64,000 nt of DNA, taken from the NCBI GenBank assembly GCA_945929845.1, contig CAMEON010000001.1, positions 134,374 through 198,373 of the forward strand. The letters run 5' to 3'. A program made the position numbers and the translations under genes. The notes beneath the pieces are model-generated. The model was not told where the DNA came from. It searched no databases and saw nothing but the letters and a program-made list of their open reading frames with translations. Source of the DNA: an uncultured Clostridia bacterium (GTDB lineage Bacteria > Bacillota > Clostridia > Oscillospirales > CAG-272). How positions within the stretch are numbered: the stretch's first letter is position 1; each line of letters opens with the position of its first letter. This document shows, piece by piece, positions 26,678 to 36,809 of the stretch.

Positions 26678-27508
26678 TCAAAGGGGGCTGTCCGGAAGGT
26701 CGGACAATTCCGGAAGATCAGGAAGATCAGGGAAGTCCGGCAGGTCGGGAAGATCCGGCCAGATACTTGGTGCGGGATGATCCGGATCCGGCTTGATGCG
26801 GATATAGCCACGCAGGAAAGCGAACCCAGCCTTGAGAAGAGCACCCAGCACATTGCCGATGCTGACCCGGAAGGTCAGATTGCAGTCAAAGGCCAACCCC
26901 GAGGACAGGAAGTCCGGCTGTATGGAGATGTCCGCTTTCTTCAGGCCGTCCACATGGGATATTTTCCCGAGAATAGCCAGAAGGTACTGTACCGACTGGT
27001 TTACGACGGCAAACATAACCGCCGCCGAGGCGGCATCCCCTGCCCCCACCTTGACATGGATGCGGGCTACCTTGATGCGCAGTTTTCCGAAGAAGCGGGA
27101 GAAGAACAAGCCGGCCACCCTGGCGATCAGAGGGATCATATCCGTGAGCTTGGGTTGCTTGGCCTTTTGGGCTTTCTTACGGGCTTTCAGCTCAGCCTTG
27201 GTCAGCTTGGCATCAGCCTCCCGTTGCTCTGCCTTCTTTTTCTCCTTTTCAGCCTTCTTCTTTTCCTTTTTCGCCGCTTTTTTCGCCGCCGCCTTGGCGG
27301 CCTTGGCATCCCGTTTCCGGATCTTTTTGAGTGTGTACTTGCTGAGCTTATACTTCTTTTGCTTCTTGGGGAGTATGTGGATCGGGATGCCCAGGACCCG
27401 TATCGTCAGTGCCATTTCGTCACGCAGATCAATGGTGATGAATGCGTGGACGGTGAACAGGAAGACGAAGAACAGGACGATACATCCGATCACGATCCAT
27501 GGTGTCAT
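26678..27508 (-). CDS. DUF2953 (YtfI-like) sporulation-associated membrane protein
   Basis: N-terminal TM segment, a Lys/Ala-rich linker and a DUF2953-like core. Its position next to ytfJ matches Bacilli and Clostridia. Confidence 0.75.
   Translation of the reverse strand: MTPWIVIGCIVLFFVFLFTVHAFITIDLRDEMALTIRVLGIPIHILPKKQKKYKLSKYTLKKIRKRDAKAAKAAAKKAAKKEKKKAEKEKKKAEQREADAKLTKAELKARKKAQKAKQPKLTDMIPLIARVAGLFFSRFFGKLRIKVARIHVKVGAGDAASAAVMFAVVNQSVQYLLAILGKISHVDGLKKADISIQPDFLSSGLAFDCNLTFRVSIGNVLGALLKAGFAFLRGYIRIKPDPDHPAPSIWPDLPDLPDFPDLPDLPELSDLPDSPL
26681..26758 (-). repeat. degenerate 9-nt coding repeat giving a PDLPDLPDFPDLPDLPELSDLPDSPL tail
   Basis: Read directly from the translation and the GGAAGATCn periodicity. 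Confidence 0.7.
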
Positions 27509-27537
27509 GTGTCAGCCTCCTTTCAAAAAACTGTAGA

Positions 27538-28290
27538 TCATACGGTACGGGAAGATCCACCTCCTCCCTCCGGAACAGGGTCTTGCGTATCCGGAATCGT
27601 CTTTGGCGATAGGCCATCGGCGTTTTCCGGCGGTGTGCCATCCGTTTGGCTGTCCCCGCCTCGACCGCTGTCGCCGGATCCGGCAACACCCACACGGAGG
27701 GATTCGGTCTTTGGCAGGTCAGACAGGGAAGCCAGTCCGAAGACCCGAAGGAACTTTTCCGTAGTCCCAAGAAGGGCGGGGCGACCGGGTGCTTCCAGAT
27801 GTCCTGTGACTTCAATAAGACCTTTATCCAAGAGGGATGAGACGGCATAGGAGCTGTCCACACCCCGGATGGTATCAATGTATGCCCGTGTGACCGGCTG
27901 GTTGTACGCCACCACGGCCAGCACCTCCATGGAGGAAGCGGACAGATTGCCGCCACGGCGTATGCCCAAGGCTTCCCGGATGTAGGGAGCGAACTCCTCC
28001 CGGGTGCATAGCTGGCAGGCATCCGGAAACTGGAGGAGCTGAATGCCCCGTTCCTCAAAGGCATCGGACATATGGGCGACCAGACTCCGCACCTCATAGA
28101 CAGACAAGCCAATGACGGAGGATAGCTTATCATAAGTTACCGGGTACCCGGCGGCAAACAGGATGGCTTCGATGGCCTGCTCCATGCGCCGGATGCTGGC
28201 GGTCAACTGGTCGGCACTGTCCGCTTGGGGAACGCCAGTTTGCGGGCTGTCCGTGCTTTGTATGTTCAAACTGTCATCAGTCATAGGCAA
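27538..28290 (-). CDS. scpB: SMC-Scp complex subunit ScpB
   Basis: IEAILFAAG.PVTYDKL... and EVLAVVAYNQPVTRAYIDTIRGVDS motifs. Confidence 0.9.
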   Translation of the reverse strand: MPMTDDSLNIQSTDSPQTGVPQADSADQLTASIRRMEQAIEAILFAAGYPVTYDKLSSVIGLSVYEVRSLVAHMSDAFEERGIQLLQFPDACQLCTREEFAPYIREALGIRRGGNLSASSMEVLAVVAYNQPVTRAYIDTIRGVDSSYAVSSLLDKGLIEVTGHLEAPGRPALLGTTEKFLRVFGLASLSDLPKTESLRVGVAGSGDSGRGGDSQTDGTPPENADGLSPKTIPDTQDPVPEGGGGSSRTV

Positions 28291-29086
28291 AGTCTCCTTT
28301 CATAGGATGATCCATCGTGCCATCGTCCTCTGCATCAGAAGCCTCTCCGGCAACGAAGCAGGCCTCCTGCCCCAGTACCGATTGGGGCTCTCCGTCTTCC
28401 ACCAGGCGGAGCCGACGCATCCTGACAAGCTCCAGCACGCCGAGGAAGATGGCGATCATATCCGGAAGGGACACCGCATCCTCCAAAAGGGTGTGCAGGC
28501 TGACCGGATGAGCGGTCTTCCCGGGGGTTGACTCCTTGAAATGATCCAGGATCCCGATGATCTTGGCCTCCACCGGGACGATGGGGGAGGCGATCATGGG
28601 CGTAAAGGACACCTTTTCCGCTTGAGGGTGTTCCTCCCGGTAGGCGATGATCCGGCGTACCGCCTGGCACAGGGACATCACCGACTGGTCTGCCACATAG
28701 GTCTTATCCACCGATATTTCATCGGTGTCCTTGACCATGCGGCCGGAGTAGGTGGGGTAGCGTCCGGACAGCCAGGCGGCCCCCTCCTTGGCCTGCTGGT
28801 AGCGGAGCAGGGCTTCCGCCAGGGAGGCCCGGGGATCCTCCGCCTCCGGCTCTACCCGAGGCAACAGCATCTTGCTCTTGATCAGCATAAGCTCGCTGGC
28901 CATGACCAGAAACTCGGAGGCCATGTCCATGTCCAGCGACTCCGCCGCCTGGATATAGGCCATATACTGGTCGCAGATCAGGAAGATAGGAATATCGGAG
29001 ATGTCCACTTTATTCTTCTGAACAAGCGAGAGAAGAAGATCCAGCGGGCCGTCAAAGGTTTCCAGATGGTAGGTCAGTGGTTCCAC
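28277..29086 (-). CDS. scpA: segregation and condensation protein A
   Basis: FDGPLDLLLSLVQKNKVDISDIPI motif. GTG start follows RBS AAAGGAG. Overlaps scpB. Confidence 0.9.
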   Translation of the reverse strand: MEPLTYHLETFDGPLDLLLSLVQKNKVDISDIPIFLICDQYMAYIQAAESLDMDMASEFLVMASELMLIKSKMLLPRVEPEAEDPRASLAEALLRYQQAKEGAAWLSGRYPTYSGRMVKDTDEISVDKTYVADQSVMSLCQAVRRIIAYREEHPQAEKVSFTPMIASPIVPVEAKIIGILDHFKESTPGKTAHPVSLHTLLEDAVSLPDMIAIFLGVLELVRMRRLRLVEDGEPQSVLGQEACFVAGEASDAEDDGTMDHPMKGDFAYD

Positions 29087-29113
29087 GCCGGGACTCCTTT
29101 CTGTCTGGTATGG

Positions 29114-29917
29114 TCAAAGCAGTGCATCCACATAATTCAGCATATTTACCAAGGTCGTCCCCACTTCTCCTTTGGCATAGCCATCCATGTTCCAAAGTCC
29201 TGCCAGGGAAAACAGACCGTTGGAGAGGAAGACCAACACGGTTTCCAGCGGCCCGGTCAAGGCACCCAGCGCAAAGAGCAACAGGAATACCAGCATGATG
29301 ATCCGCTCATACTTCATCACGCCGAAGTACAGCTTTGTAGGCAGGAATGCGTAGAAGATCCGGGAACCATCAAAGGGAGGAACAGGTATCAGATTGAACA
29401 CAGCCAGACTGATGTTCAGCCTCACGCCCAGACACAACAGGCAAACCACAAGGGACAGAATGGTGAAGCTCAACGAGCCGGTGAAGGCGTCTCCCGTTTT
29501 CCCCGCCCAGTAGAATTCCATGGATTCTTCAAAACATATATTCGAGATGAAGATCATGGCGATCCGCAGGATGATCAGGTGTATCAGGGAGAGGCACAGG
29601 TTTGAAAGCGGCCCGGCGGCGCCGGTGATAGCCATATCCCGCTTGGGCTTCTTGAAGTACCGTGCGTTGATGGGCACAGGCTTAGCCCACCCCACTTGGA
29701 AGAACACCATACACAGCGTCCCCATAAGATCCAGATGCTTGACAGGATTCAGAGTGATGCGCCCCAGGTTGCGGGCGGTGGGATCTCCCAATTTCAGTGC
29801 CGCATAGCCGTGGGCCGACTCATGGACGGAAAAGGCCATGAGAAGCACCGGAAGGCTGAGAATATACATGGGCAGTTGACTGAGAAAAGACGAAAAGACA
29901 TTCAAACCCGGAAGCAC
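29114..29917 (-). CDS. site-2 protease (peptidase M50) family membrane protein
   Basis: HESAHG zinc motif and a polytopic membrane profile. The start codon is uncertain (GTG 29917 is too close to the RBS). Confidence 0.8.
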   Translation of the reverse strand: MLPGLNVFSSFLSQLPMYILSLPVLLMAFSVHESAHGYAALKLGDPTARNLGRITLNPVKHLDLMGTLCMVFFQVGWAKPVPINARYFKKPKRDMAITGAAGPLSNLCLSLIHLIILRIAMIFISNICFEESMEFYWAGKTGDAFTGSLSFTILSLVVCLLCLGVRLNISLAVFNLIPVPPFDGSRIFYAFLPTKLYFGVMKYERIIMLVFLLLFALGALTGPLETVLVFLSNGLFSLAGLWNMDGYAKGEVGTTLVNMLNYVDALL

Positions 29918-29942
29918 GCTCCTTTCAGAATGGAATCAGGAA

Positions 29943-31247
29943 TCACAGATCGTTTCTGACAAGATCCTCGTAGCTCTCCCGCCTGACCGCTAACCGGGGC
30001 GTACCGTCCTTCACCAGAACCACCGCCGGGCGGGGAATCCTGTTGTAGTTGGAGGCCATGGAATAGTTGTAGGCACCTGTGGTCAGTACCGCCAGGATGT
30101 CTCCCCGGCTGGCTTGTTGCAGGGGCATATCCTCACCCACAAGGTCACCGGACTCACAGCACCGACCGGCCAGGGTGACACGCTCGGTGCGGGGGGCATC
30201 CGGACGGTTGGCGATCAGAGCGGTGTACTGGGACTGATACAGGGCGTACCGGGGGTTATCCGGCATACCGCCATCCACGGAGACATAGGTGCGGAAGCCG
30301 GGAATGGTCTTGACAGAACCCACCGTGTACAGGGTAATGCCGGCGGCGGCTACCAACGAGCGTCCCGGCTCCAGAATGATCCGGGGCATCCCGACCTTCC
30401 GTTCCTCACAGATGGTGCGGATGGCGGTGGCCATATCCCGGATGGCGGCGGCATAATCCACCTTGCGGTCAAACTCGGTGTACGGCACACCCAGGCCACC
30501 GCCCAGATTCAGCTCGGACGCTGTAAAGCCAGTCTCGTCCCGCACGGTGGCGATGAAGTCCACCATGATGCGGGCCGCATCCACAAAGGGGTCAATGTCA
30601 AATATCTGGGAACCAATGTGGCAGTGGAAGCCATGCAAATTGATGTGGGGCAGGGAAAGGGCCAACCGTACGATGTCCAACGCCTGCCCTGTGGCGATGG
30701 GAGAGCCGAACTTGGAATCCACCCGTCCCGTGGAGATCGCCTTGTGGGTGTGGGGGTCGATACCGGGGGTAATGCGAAGCAGGATCCGCTGACGGATGTT
30801 CCGCTCCCCGGCCAATCTGTCCAGGGCATACAGCTCATCGGTATTATCTACAACAAAGGTGCCCACACCCATGTCTAGGGCATCCACAATATCCCGGTCG
30901 GTCTTATTGTTCCCATGGAAGTAAATGCGCTCCGCCGGGAATCCGGCATGGCGGGCGGTGTACAGCTCCCCGCCGGACACACAGTCCACGCCCATGCCTT
31001 CCTCCGCCGCAATGCGGTACATTTCGGTAAAGCAAAGCGCTTTGGAGGCGTACAGGGGAAGGGCATCCGGCCCGAAATTGGCCAGCGCCGCCTGCCGGTA
31101 GGTGCGGCACATGGTACGCACAGCCGCTTCATCCATGACATAGAGAGGGGTGCCGAAGGTTCCGGCAAGGTCTACGGTGTCTGCGCCTCCGATGGTCAGG
31201 TGGCCTTTCTGGTTCACGGCGAGATGGTCATACAGCAAGTTCATCAT
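29943..31247 (-). CDS. lysA: diaminopimelate decarboxylase
   Basis: PLP-dependent decarboxylase motifs (YASKA, GGGLGV, CESGD). Confidence 0.95.
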   Translation of the reverse strand: MMNLLYDHLAVNQKGHLTIGGADTVDLAGTFGTPLYVMDEAAVRTMCRTYRQAALANFGPDALPLYASKALCFTEMYRIAAEEGMGVDCVSGGELYTARHAGFPAERIYFHGNNKTDRDIVDALDMGVGTFVVDNTDELYALDRLAGERNIRQRILLRITPGIDPHTHKAISTGRVDSKFGSPIATGQALDIVRLALSLPHINLHGFHCHIGSQIFDIDPFVDAARIMVDFIATVRDETGFTASELNLGGGLGVPYTEFDRKVDYAAAIRDMATAIRTICEERKVGMPRIILEPGRSLVAAAGITLYTVGSVKTIPGFRTYVSVDGGMPDNPRYALYQSQYTALIANRPDAPRTERVTLAGRCCESGDLVGEDMPLQQASRGDILAVLTTGAYNYSMASNYNRIPRPAVVLVKDGTPRLAVRRESYEDLVRNDL

Positions 31248-31293
31248 GCAAGGGTTCCGTTCTTTCTTTCAGTTTCTTTTCTTTTATCACTTA

Positions 31294-31914
31294 TCACTTT
31301 CCGAACCGCACACCGCACAGCCCGCCGATGGTGCGCAGTACCTCCTCCCGCCCCTCGCCTGTCAGCGCAGAGAAGGGAAGGATGCGTGTACCCTCAGACA
31401 GCAAGGGATGCGCAGACAGGGAGGCCAGATTCTCCGCCCGCTCGGTGGCGTTGAGCTTATCCACCTTTGTAGCGACAAGGAAGTAGGGGATCCCTGCGTG
31501 GTTCAGATAATCGATCATGACTTGATCATCGTTTGTCAGCCCGATGCGGCTGTCCACCAACTGGGCGACGGCGCACAGCCGGTCAATGTGAGGGTTCTTT
31601 GTGAAGAATCCGTCTGTCAGGGAGGACCATTTCATCTGCTCCTCCCGGCTCCGTCTGGCATAGCCGTAGCCCGGCAGGTCAACCAGGAACAGCTTACCAT
31701 CCAGCTCGTAGAAGTTTACCGTGATGGTCTTTCCCGGTGCCGACGACACCCGGGCCAGGCTCTTCCGATTGAGAAGAGTATTGATCAGCGAGCTTTTTCC
31801 CACATTGGAACGCCCGGACAGAGCCACCTGCGGGAGCGGATAGGCAGGGAACTGCCGTATCTCCCCTGCCACTGTACGGAGCGTGACATTCTGGAGATTG
31901 ATGGGTGAGGGCAT
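31294..31914 (-). CDS. engB: ribosome biogenesis GTP-binding protein YsxC/EngB
   Basis: GRSNVGKSSLIN and DLPGYGYA G-motifs. ATG at 31914 follows RBS AAAGGAGG. Confidence 0.9.
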   Translation of the reverse strand: MPSPINLQNVTLRTVAGEIRQFPAYPLPQVALSGRSNVGKSSLINTLLNRKSLARVSSAPGKTITVNFYELDGKLFLVDLPGYGYARRSREEQMKWSSLTDGFFTKNPHIDRLCAVAQLVDSRIGLTNDDQVMIDYLNHAGIPYFLVATKVDKLNATERAENLASLSAHPLLSEGTRILPFSALTGEGREEVLRTIGGLCGVRFGK

Positions 31915-31943
31915 ACGGCCTCCTTTCTGCGGCAGGCGCAAAG

Positions 31944-34286
31944 TCAGCGGCGCACCAGTGCCGCCTTCAGTACATCGTCTGCCCGACGGCAGGGGACGAA
32001 GGTCAGATTCTCCCGGGCGGCCGGGTCGATCTCCTCCAGGTCGCCCACATTATCCGTAGGGATCAGGACGGTCTTCACCCCGGCGGCATAGGCGGCCATG
32101 GTCTTCTCCTTGAGACCGCCAATGGGCAGCACATTCCCACGCAGGGTGATCTCCCCGGTCATGGCAATATCCCGCCGGACGGGGATGCCGGACAGTGCAC
32201 TGACCAGCGCTGTCATCATGGTCACGCCGGCAGAGGGACCGTCCTTGGGCACAGCGCCCTCCGGCACATGGATATGTATGTCCTTCTTCTGGTAGAAGTC
32301 GGTCGGGATACCGTACTGATTTGCCACACTGCGGGTATAGGTCAGGGCGGCATGAGCGGATTCCTTCATCACATCGCCAAGGGAGCCGGTCAGCTCTAAC
32401 TTTCCGGTACCGTCCAGCACGGCGCACTCCACCCGAAGCATATCGCCGCCTACCTCGGTGTAGGCAAGACCGTTGACCACACCGGTCTCATCCTCATCGC
32501 TGATGTGCTCCGGCATCATCTTCCTGGGGCCCAGGTATGTCTTTACATCCGTGGCGTCTATGGTCAGATGTTTGAGATCCGAATCTTCCAGAAGCCGCTT
32601 GGCGGCCTTCCGGCACAGGGACGCAATGGTACGCTCCAGATTCCGCACACCGGCTTCCCTCGTGTAGTAATCAATGATCTCGGACACCGCCTCATCCGTG
32701 ATGCGTAATACCCGTTTATTCAGGCCGTGCTTCTTCAACTGCTTGGGGATCAGATGGTTGACAGCGATGGAAGTCTTCTCCCGCTTGGTGTAGGAGGGCA
32801 GCTCGATGATCTCCATACGGTCGATCAGCGGCTTGGGGATGGTGTCCAGCGTATTGGCCGTGGCAATGAACAGGCAATCCGACAGGTCGTAGGGAAGCTC
32901 TACAAAGTGATCCCGGAAATACTTGTTCTGTTCCGGATCAAGAACCTCCAGAAGGGCGGATGACGGGTCTCCGTGGGCATCCCTTGTCAGCTTATCCACC
33001 TCATCAAGGAGGATCAGCGGATTTCTGACCTTGACCTGGGACAGTGCCGTGATGATACGGCCGGGCATGGCACCTATATAGGTCTTCCTGTGTCCGCGGA
33101 TATCCGACTCGTCCCGCACGCCGCCCAGGGAAACACGGACATACTTCCGCTTCATGGCACGGGCGATGGAGGCAGCCACGGAGGTCTTGCCGACACCGGG
33201 AGGGCCGACCAGACAGATGATCTGATTCTTCAGCTCCGGGGACATCTGCTTGACGGCCATGAATTCCAGGATCCGTTCCTTGACCTTTTCCAGCCCGTCG
33301 TGGTCGGCGTCCAGGATCTTCCGGGCTGCTTCAATATTCACCCGGTCACGGGTCGTCTGCTTCCAGGGAATATCCAGGCATACATCCAGATAATTGGACA
33401 GCACCGAGGCCTCCGCTGACCCGAAGGGCAACTTGGCCAGCCGATCGTTCTCCTTGAGGAGCTTCTTCTCTACCTCGTCAGGCAGACCGGCGGCGAGGAT
33501 GCGTGCCTCATACTCCTCGGAATCGGCACCCTCTCCCAGTTCATCCTGTATGACCTTCATTTCTTCACGCAGGTAATATTCACGCTGATTCTTGTTCATG
33601 CGTGCCTGTACCTGGCGGCGTATGTCGTGCTCCCAGGACAGAACATCCGCCTCATGCTTCAGAATTAAAGTCAGTGTATCAATCCGCGTCATAGGTTCAA
33701 AGCATTCCAGAATGGCTTGCTTGTCCTCGTACTTGACCAGGATATTGGCGGCGACGAAATCCGCAAACAGGCCGGGGTTGCGGATGGCAGACACATGGGT
33801 CATGATGTCGTCGGCCACCGCCGGAATATAGCGAACCACCTTCCGCAGAGCCAGATTGGCTTCCCGCAGGTAAGCCTCTCCAGCAAGGCCGCCATCGTCA
33901 TCAGCCAGTACCGTCTTGGCGATCACGGAAGCAATGGTATAATTTCTCAGCGGAGTGACGGAGGAAAGGGTCGCACGGCAAAGTCCCTCGGCGATCAGGC
34001 GGGTGTCCCCATCCGGGGTGCGGATCAGTTGTTTGATGCGGGCGACCGTCCCCACCGGGCAGAGCTTATCCAAGGAAGGCTCCCCGCCGTCCGGCTCAGA
34101 AATATCCAGCAGGGAGGCAAGGAGAATTGTCTCTCCATCCGTTGCCGCAGATTGGGCGGCACTGGGGGAATGAAAGCTGTCCTCGACCACATCGCAATTC
34201 ACTGTCATACCCGGGAATGCGACCACACCTCGCAGGACGACCAGCGGCAGTGTCTGTGGTTCAGCTTTTTCAATATATTTAGACAT
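31944..34286 (-). CDS. lon: endopeptidase La (Lon protease)
   Basis: LON N-domain, AAA+ GPPGVGKTS and catalytic PKDGPSAG motifs. Confidence 0.95.
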   Translation of the reverse strand: MSKYIEKAEPQTLPLVVLRGVVAFPGMTVNCDVVEDSFHSPSAAQSAATDGETILLASLLDISEPDGGEPSLDKLCPVGTVARIKQLIRTPDGDTRLIAEGLCRATLSSVTPLRNYTIASVIAKTVLADDDGGLAGEAYLREANLALRKVVRYIPAVADDIMTHVSAIRNPGLFADFVAANILVKYEDKQAILECFEPMTRIDTLTLILKHEADVLSWEHDIRRQVQARMNKNQREYYLREEMKVIQDELGEGADSEEYEARILAAGLPDEVEKKLLKENDRLAKLPFGSAEASVLSNYLDVCLDIPWKQTTRDRVNIEAARKILDADHDGLEKVKERILEFMAVKQMSPELKNQIICLVGPPGVGKTSVAASIARAMKRKYVRVSLGGVRDESDIRGHRKTYIGAMPGRIITALSQVKVRNPLILLDEVDKLTRDAHGDPSSALLEVLDPEQNKYFRDHFVELPYDLSDCLFIATANTLDTIPKPLIDRMEIIELPSYTKREKTSIAVNHLIPKQLKKHGLNKRVLRITDEAVSEIIDYYTREAGVRNLERTIASLCRKAAKRLLEDSDLKHLTIDATDVKTYLGPRKMMPEHISDEDETGVVNGLAYTEVGGDMLRVECAVLDGTGKLELTGSLGDVMKESAHAALTYTRSVANQYGIPTDFYQKKDIHIHVPEGAVPKDGPSAGVTMMTALVSALSGIPVRRDIAMTGEITLRGNVLPIGGLKEKTMAAYAAGVKTVLIPTDNVGDLEEIDPAARENLTFVPCRRADDVLKAALVRR

Positions 34287-34534
34287 GATTCTGTATGGTT
34301 CCTTTCAGGGTCTTGGGTAGCCACGGCATTTCCCTCTGAAAAAGGGGGGCGAAACCAGCTGGAAGCCGTCCGTGCATACCTCGGAGCATATACACCTATA
34401 ACTTTTCCCCTTATTATAACACACAATTATGAAAATTTCCATAGGAAAAGAAGAATATTTACAAATTTATTATTGGCTTTATATTTGACCGGCTGAAGCC
34501 CGAACAACATACAACGCTCTGTACAATACATCAT

Positions 34535-34649
34535 GTTTTGAAAGTCTTTGAAAGGGGTCCGGGGAAACTTTCTTCAGAAAGTTTCCCCGGCGTTCCTCCC
34601 GTCCTTCAAAAAAAGGGGGAGAACTGCCCCCTTGGGTGGTCTTTCAAAA
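34535..34649 (+). repeat. intergenic repeat family B, copy B
   Basis: GTTTTGAAAGTC..GGGGTCCGGGG, with a perfect hairpin GGGGAAACTTTC-ttca-GAAAGTTTCCCC (34561-34588), then GGCGTTCC. TTTTGAAAG (34536-34544) is complementary to CTTTCAAAA (34641-34649). Confidence 0.65.
34606..34633 (-). terminator. rho-independent terminator of the Coat_F gene
   Basis: The minus strand reads AAGGGGG-cagttct-CCCCCTT followed by TTTTTTT. Confidence 0.8.
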
Positions 34650-35117
34650 TCAGGCGTACATCTCGTTGACCTTCATATACTGCCAGAGCTGTTCGCCATG
34701 GTGCTGCTCGTCCGTCTGTATCTGATTCAATGTCTTTCTCAAGGCCGGCTGTCCGAACTCGAATACGCAGGTGTTGTACAGGGCCGAAGCGTGCTTCTCT
34801 GTGGCGAGCAGGTCGGCGCACAGGTAGGCATCCTGCTGTTTTTCCGGGGTGTCCGTGGCGGGGTAGAAGGCCTGAAAGGTCGTGGTCCCCTTCGGTTCCT
34901 CCGCTCCGGCACCGGAGGCCGGTGACTGACCTGTCTCCATCTGGGTCAAAAGCTCCAGATGGTGCTTTTCAATGGCCGCAATGCTGTTGAAAAGCGACTG
35001 GAGCTGTGGGTCATGAGCGGCCTTGGCGTGCTTGGTGTACTTTTCAACGCACAGCTTCTCCTGCTCCTTCATGTCCTTTAGCAAACTGGTTTCCTTCTGG
35101 GTGAGTGTCAGAGACAT
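34650..35117 (-). CDS. Coat_F domain (CotF-like) spore protein
   Basis: LTQKETSLLKDMKEQEKLCVEKY ... and ATEKHASALYNTCVFE ... DEQHHGEQLWQYM form the two-repeat Coat_F pattern. ATG at 35117 follows RBS GGAGGA. Confidence 0.8.
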   Translation of the reverse strand: MSLTLTQKETSLLKDMKEQEKLCVEKYTKHAKAAHDPQLQSLFNSIAAIEKHHLELLTQMETGQSPASGAGAEEPKGTTTFQAFYPATDTPEKQQDAYLCADLLATEKHASALYNTCVFEFGQPALRKTLNQIQTDEQHHGEQLWQYMKVNEMYA

Positions 35118-35163
35118 ACACATTCCTCCGTATTCATGATGTACGGGTATTTCCCGTCCTGCG

Positions 35164-35194
35164 TAGTATGGGAAGGGGTGGAATGCTTTATTCA
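35164..35194 (-). promoter_or_regulatory. forespore-type (sigma-G/sigma-F-like) promoter TGAATA-18-CATACTA
   Basis: The minus strand has TGAATA (35194-35189), an 18-nt spacer, then CATACTA (35170-35164). This matches the B. subtilis sigma-G consensus as I recall it. Confidence 0.55.
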
Positions 35195-35285
35195 GTTACG
35201 ACCCCGAAATTCATGTAGGGCTGACATGATTCAGAGAGCCGACGCATAATGTATACCAAATCAATCAAGGGAGGTATATCCTACA

Positions 35286-36710
35286 ATGAAACACTTCAAA
35301 ACCGCCGCCGTCCTTGTGGCATCGGTTTTCCTTATGTCGGTTCTGTGCCTTGGTGTTGCCGCCGCCGGGGCGGACGCCCCTGCCATGGTTTCCGAGGGTG
35401 AGGAGGATGGAGGCTCACCCTCTGCGATCAATTCATCCAGCCTCTACACCCTGTCGGCAGGCTCATCCTCCGGGGCCTCACAAACGGATCCCCTGGGCAC
35501 GCCGGTCTCCTATGGTCTGCGGGTGTTGGCCGCCCGGGATGAGATGGTCTTTTCCGGATTGTGCGGCAATGAGATCTCTTTCAATAAAGAAGACATATGC
35601 CGGGCCATGAATCTTTCCTCCATTGCTTACATCACGCTGACTGCCCTGCCTGCGCCTGGGGATGGCACTCTGTTCGTAGGTGCCGCCGGTGCCGCCGTGG
35701 GGCAGACCATCCCGGCGGAGGGGCTGTCCCTGCTTTCCTTTGCCGCCGCACGCCCGGATGCCCCCTGCGAGGCGGAAATGCGTTTCACTGTCAATGGCAG
35801 TGGGTATGAAGTCAATTGCCGTCTGTGCCTGCTGGAGAGCATCAACTACACGCCCACCGTGGCATTGGCACCCGAACTGTCCCTGGAGGTGTTGACCTTT
35901 TGTGACATCCCCGTCATGGGCTCTCTGTCCTCCTATGACCCGGAGGGCGACGAGCTCACCTATGAGATCACTTCCTACGCCTCCCATGGCCGGGTGGTAC
36001 TGAACGACAACCACACCGGATGCTACACCTACACCCCTGCCCAGGGCTATGTGGGCAAGGATGCGTTCACCTATGTGGTGCGTGACCAGTATGGGAACTA
36101 CAGTACCTCCGCCACCGTCAGCGTACAGGTCAGTGCCATGCCGTCCTCCCTCACATTTGCAGACCTTAGCGGGAAGGACTGTGCCGCCGCCGCCATCTCC
36201 ATTTCCGCCTCCGGATACATGAACGGCACCCGGGTCGGCAACGAGGATTACTTCCGTCCGGACAGTGGTATGACCCGCATCGAGTTTCTGGTCACGGCCA
36301 TGAATGTGGCCGGTATCCTGCCCAGCCCCTCGGAGAATACGGATATTTCCTGCTATTCCGATGCGGATGCCATCCCGGAGGCCATGCGGCCTTATGTGGC
36401 ACTGGCTCTGAAGAACGGGTATCTCGCAGGTCGGACAGAGGGTGTCTTCTCGCCTTATGGGGAGATCACACGGGCAGAGGCGGCTGTGATCCTGTCCAAT
36501 ATCATCGGGTACGCCACCAATACCACCGTCAGTGCCTTTGCCGACAGTGACAGTTTGCCAGCATGGGCCGTGCCTGCGCTGACTTCCCTCCGGGCTCTGG
36601 GCCTTCTGACCAGTCCGGACGACACCGCCAGGGCAGGGAAGATCATGACACGGGGGGAAACCGCCGTATGGTTGTCCCGCACCCTCAGGCTCCTGGGCAG
36701 ATCAGCTTGA
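35286..36710 (+). CDS. secreted cadherin/Ig-like repeat protein with three C-terminal SLH domains
   Basis: Signal peptide MKHFKTAAVLVASVFLMSVLCLGVAAAGA. DPEGDELTYEI...GYVGKDAFTYVVRD Ig/cadherin-like repeat. Three SLH-like segments (FADLSGKD..., YSDADAIPE..., FADSDSLPAWA...). Confidence 0.85.
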   Translation: MKHFKTAAVLVASVFLMSVLCLGVAAAGADAPAMVSEGEEDGGSPSAINSSSLYTLSAGSSSGASQTDPLGTPVSYGLRVLAARDEMVFSGLCGNEISFNKEDICRAMNLSSIAYITLTALPAPGDGTLFVGAAGAAVGQTIPAEGLSLLSFAAARPDAPCEAEMRFTVNGSGYEVNCRLCLLESINYTPTVALAPELSLEVLTFCDIPVMGSLSSYDPEGDELTYEITSYASHGRVVLNDNHTGCYTYTPAQGYVGKDAFTYVVRDQYGNYSTSATVSVQVSAMPSSLTFADLSGKDCAAAAISISASGYMNGTRVGNEDYFRPDSGMTRIEFLVTAMNVAGILPSPSENTDISCYSDADAIPEAMRPYVALALKNGYLAGRTEGVFSPYGEITRAEAAVILSNIIGYATNTTVSAFADSDSLPAWAVPALTSLRALGLLTSPDDTARAGKIMTRGETAVWLSRTLRLLGRSA

Positions 36711-36731
36711 TGGAAAAAACACTATACAAAC

Positions 36732-36766
36732 GGGAACCGGCTCCTTTGCGGAACCGGTCCCTTTTT
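36732..36766 (+). terminator. rho-independent terminator of the SLH gene
   Basis: GGGAACCGG (36732-36740) pairs with CCGGTCCC (36754-36761) with one bulged base, followed by TTTTT. Confidence 0.7.
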
Positions 36767-36809
36767 CTAATCTTGTGTATCTTGCTTGATGCCTGTCATT
36801 TGTCACCCG

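Noticed and set aside
34470-34495. A GGTCAAA half-site on the minus strand upstream of lon could be a CtsR operator.
   Set aside because: Only one heptad matches the tandem GGTCAAA-N3-GGTCAAA consensus. The second half reads AAAGCCAA.
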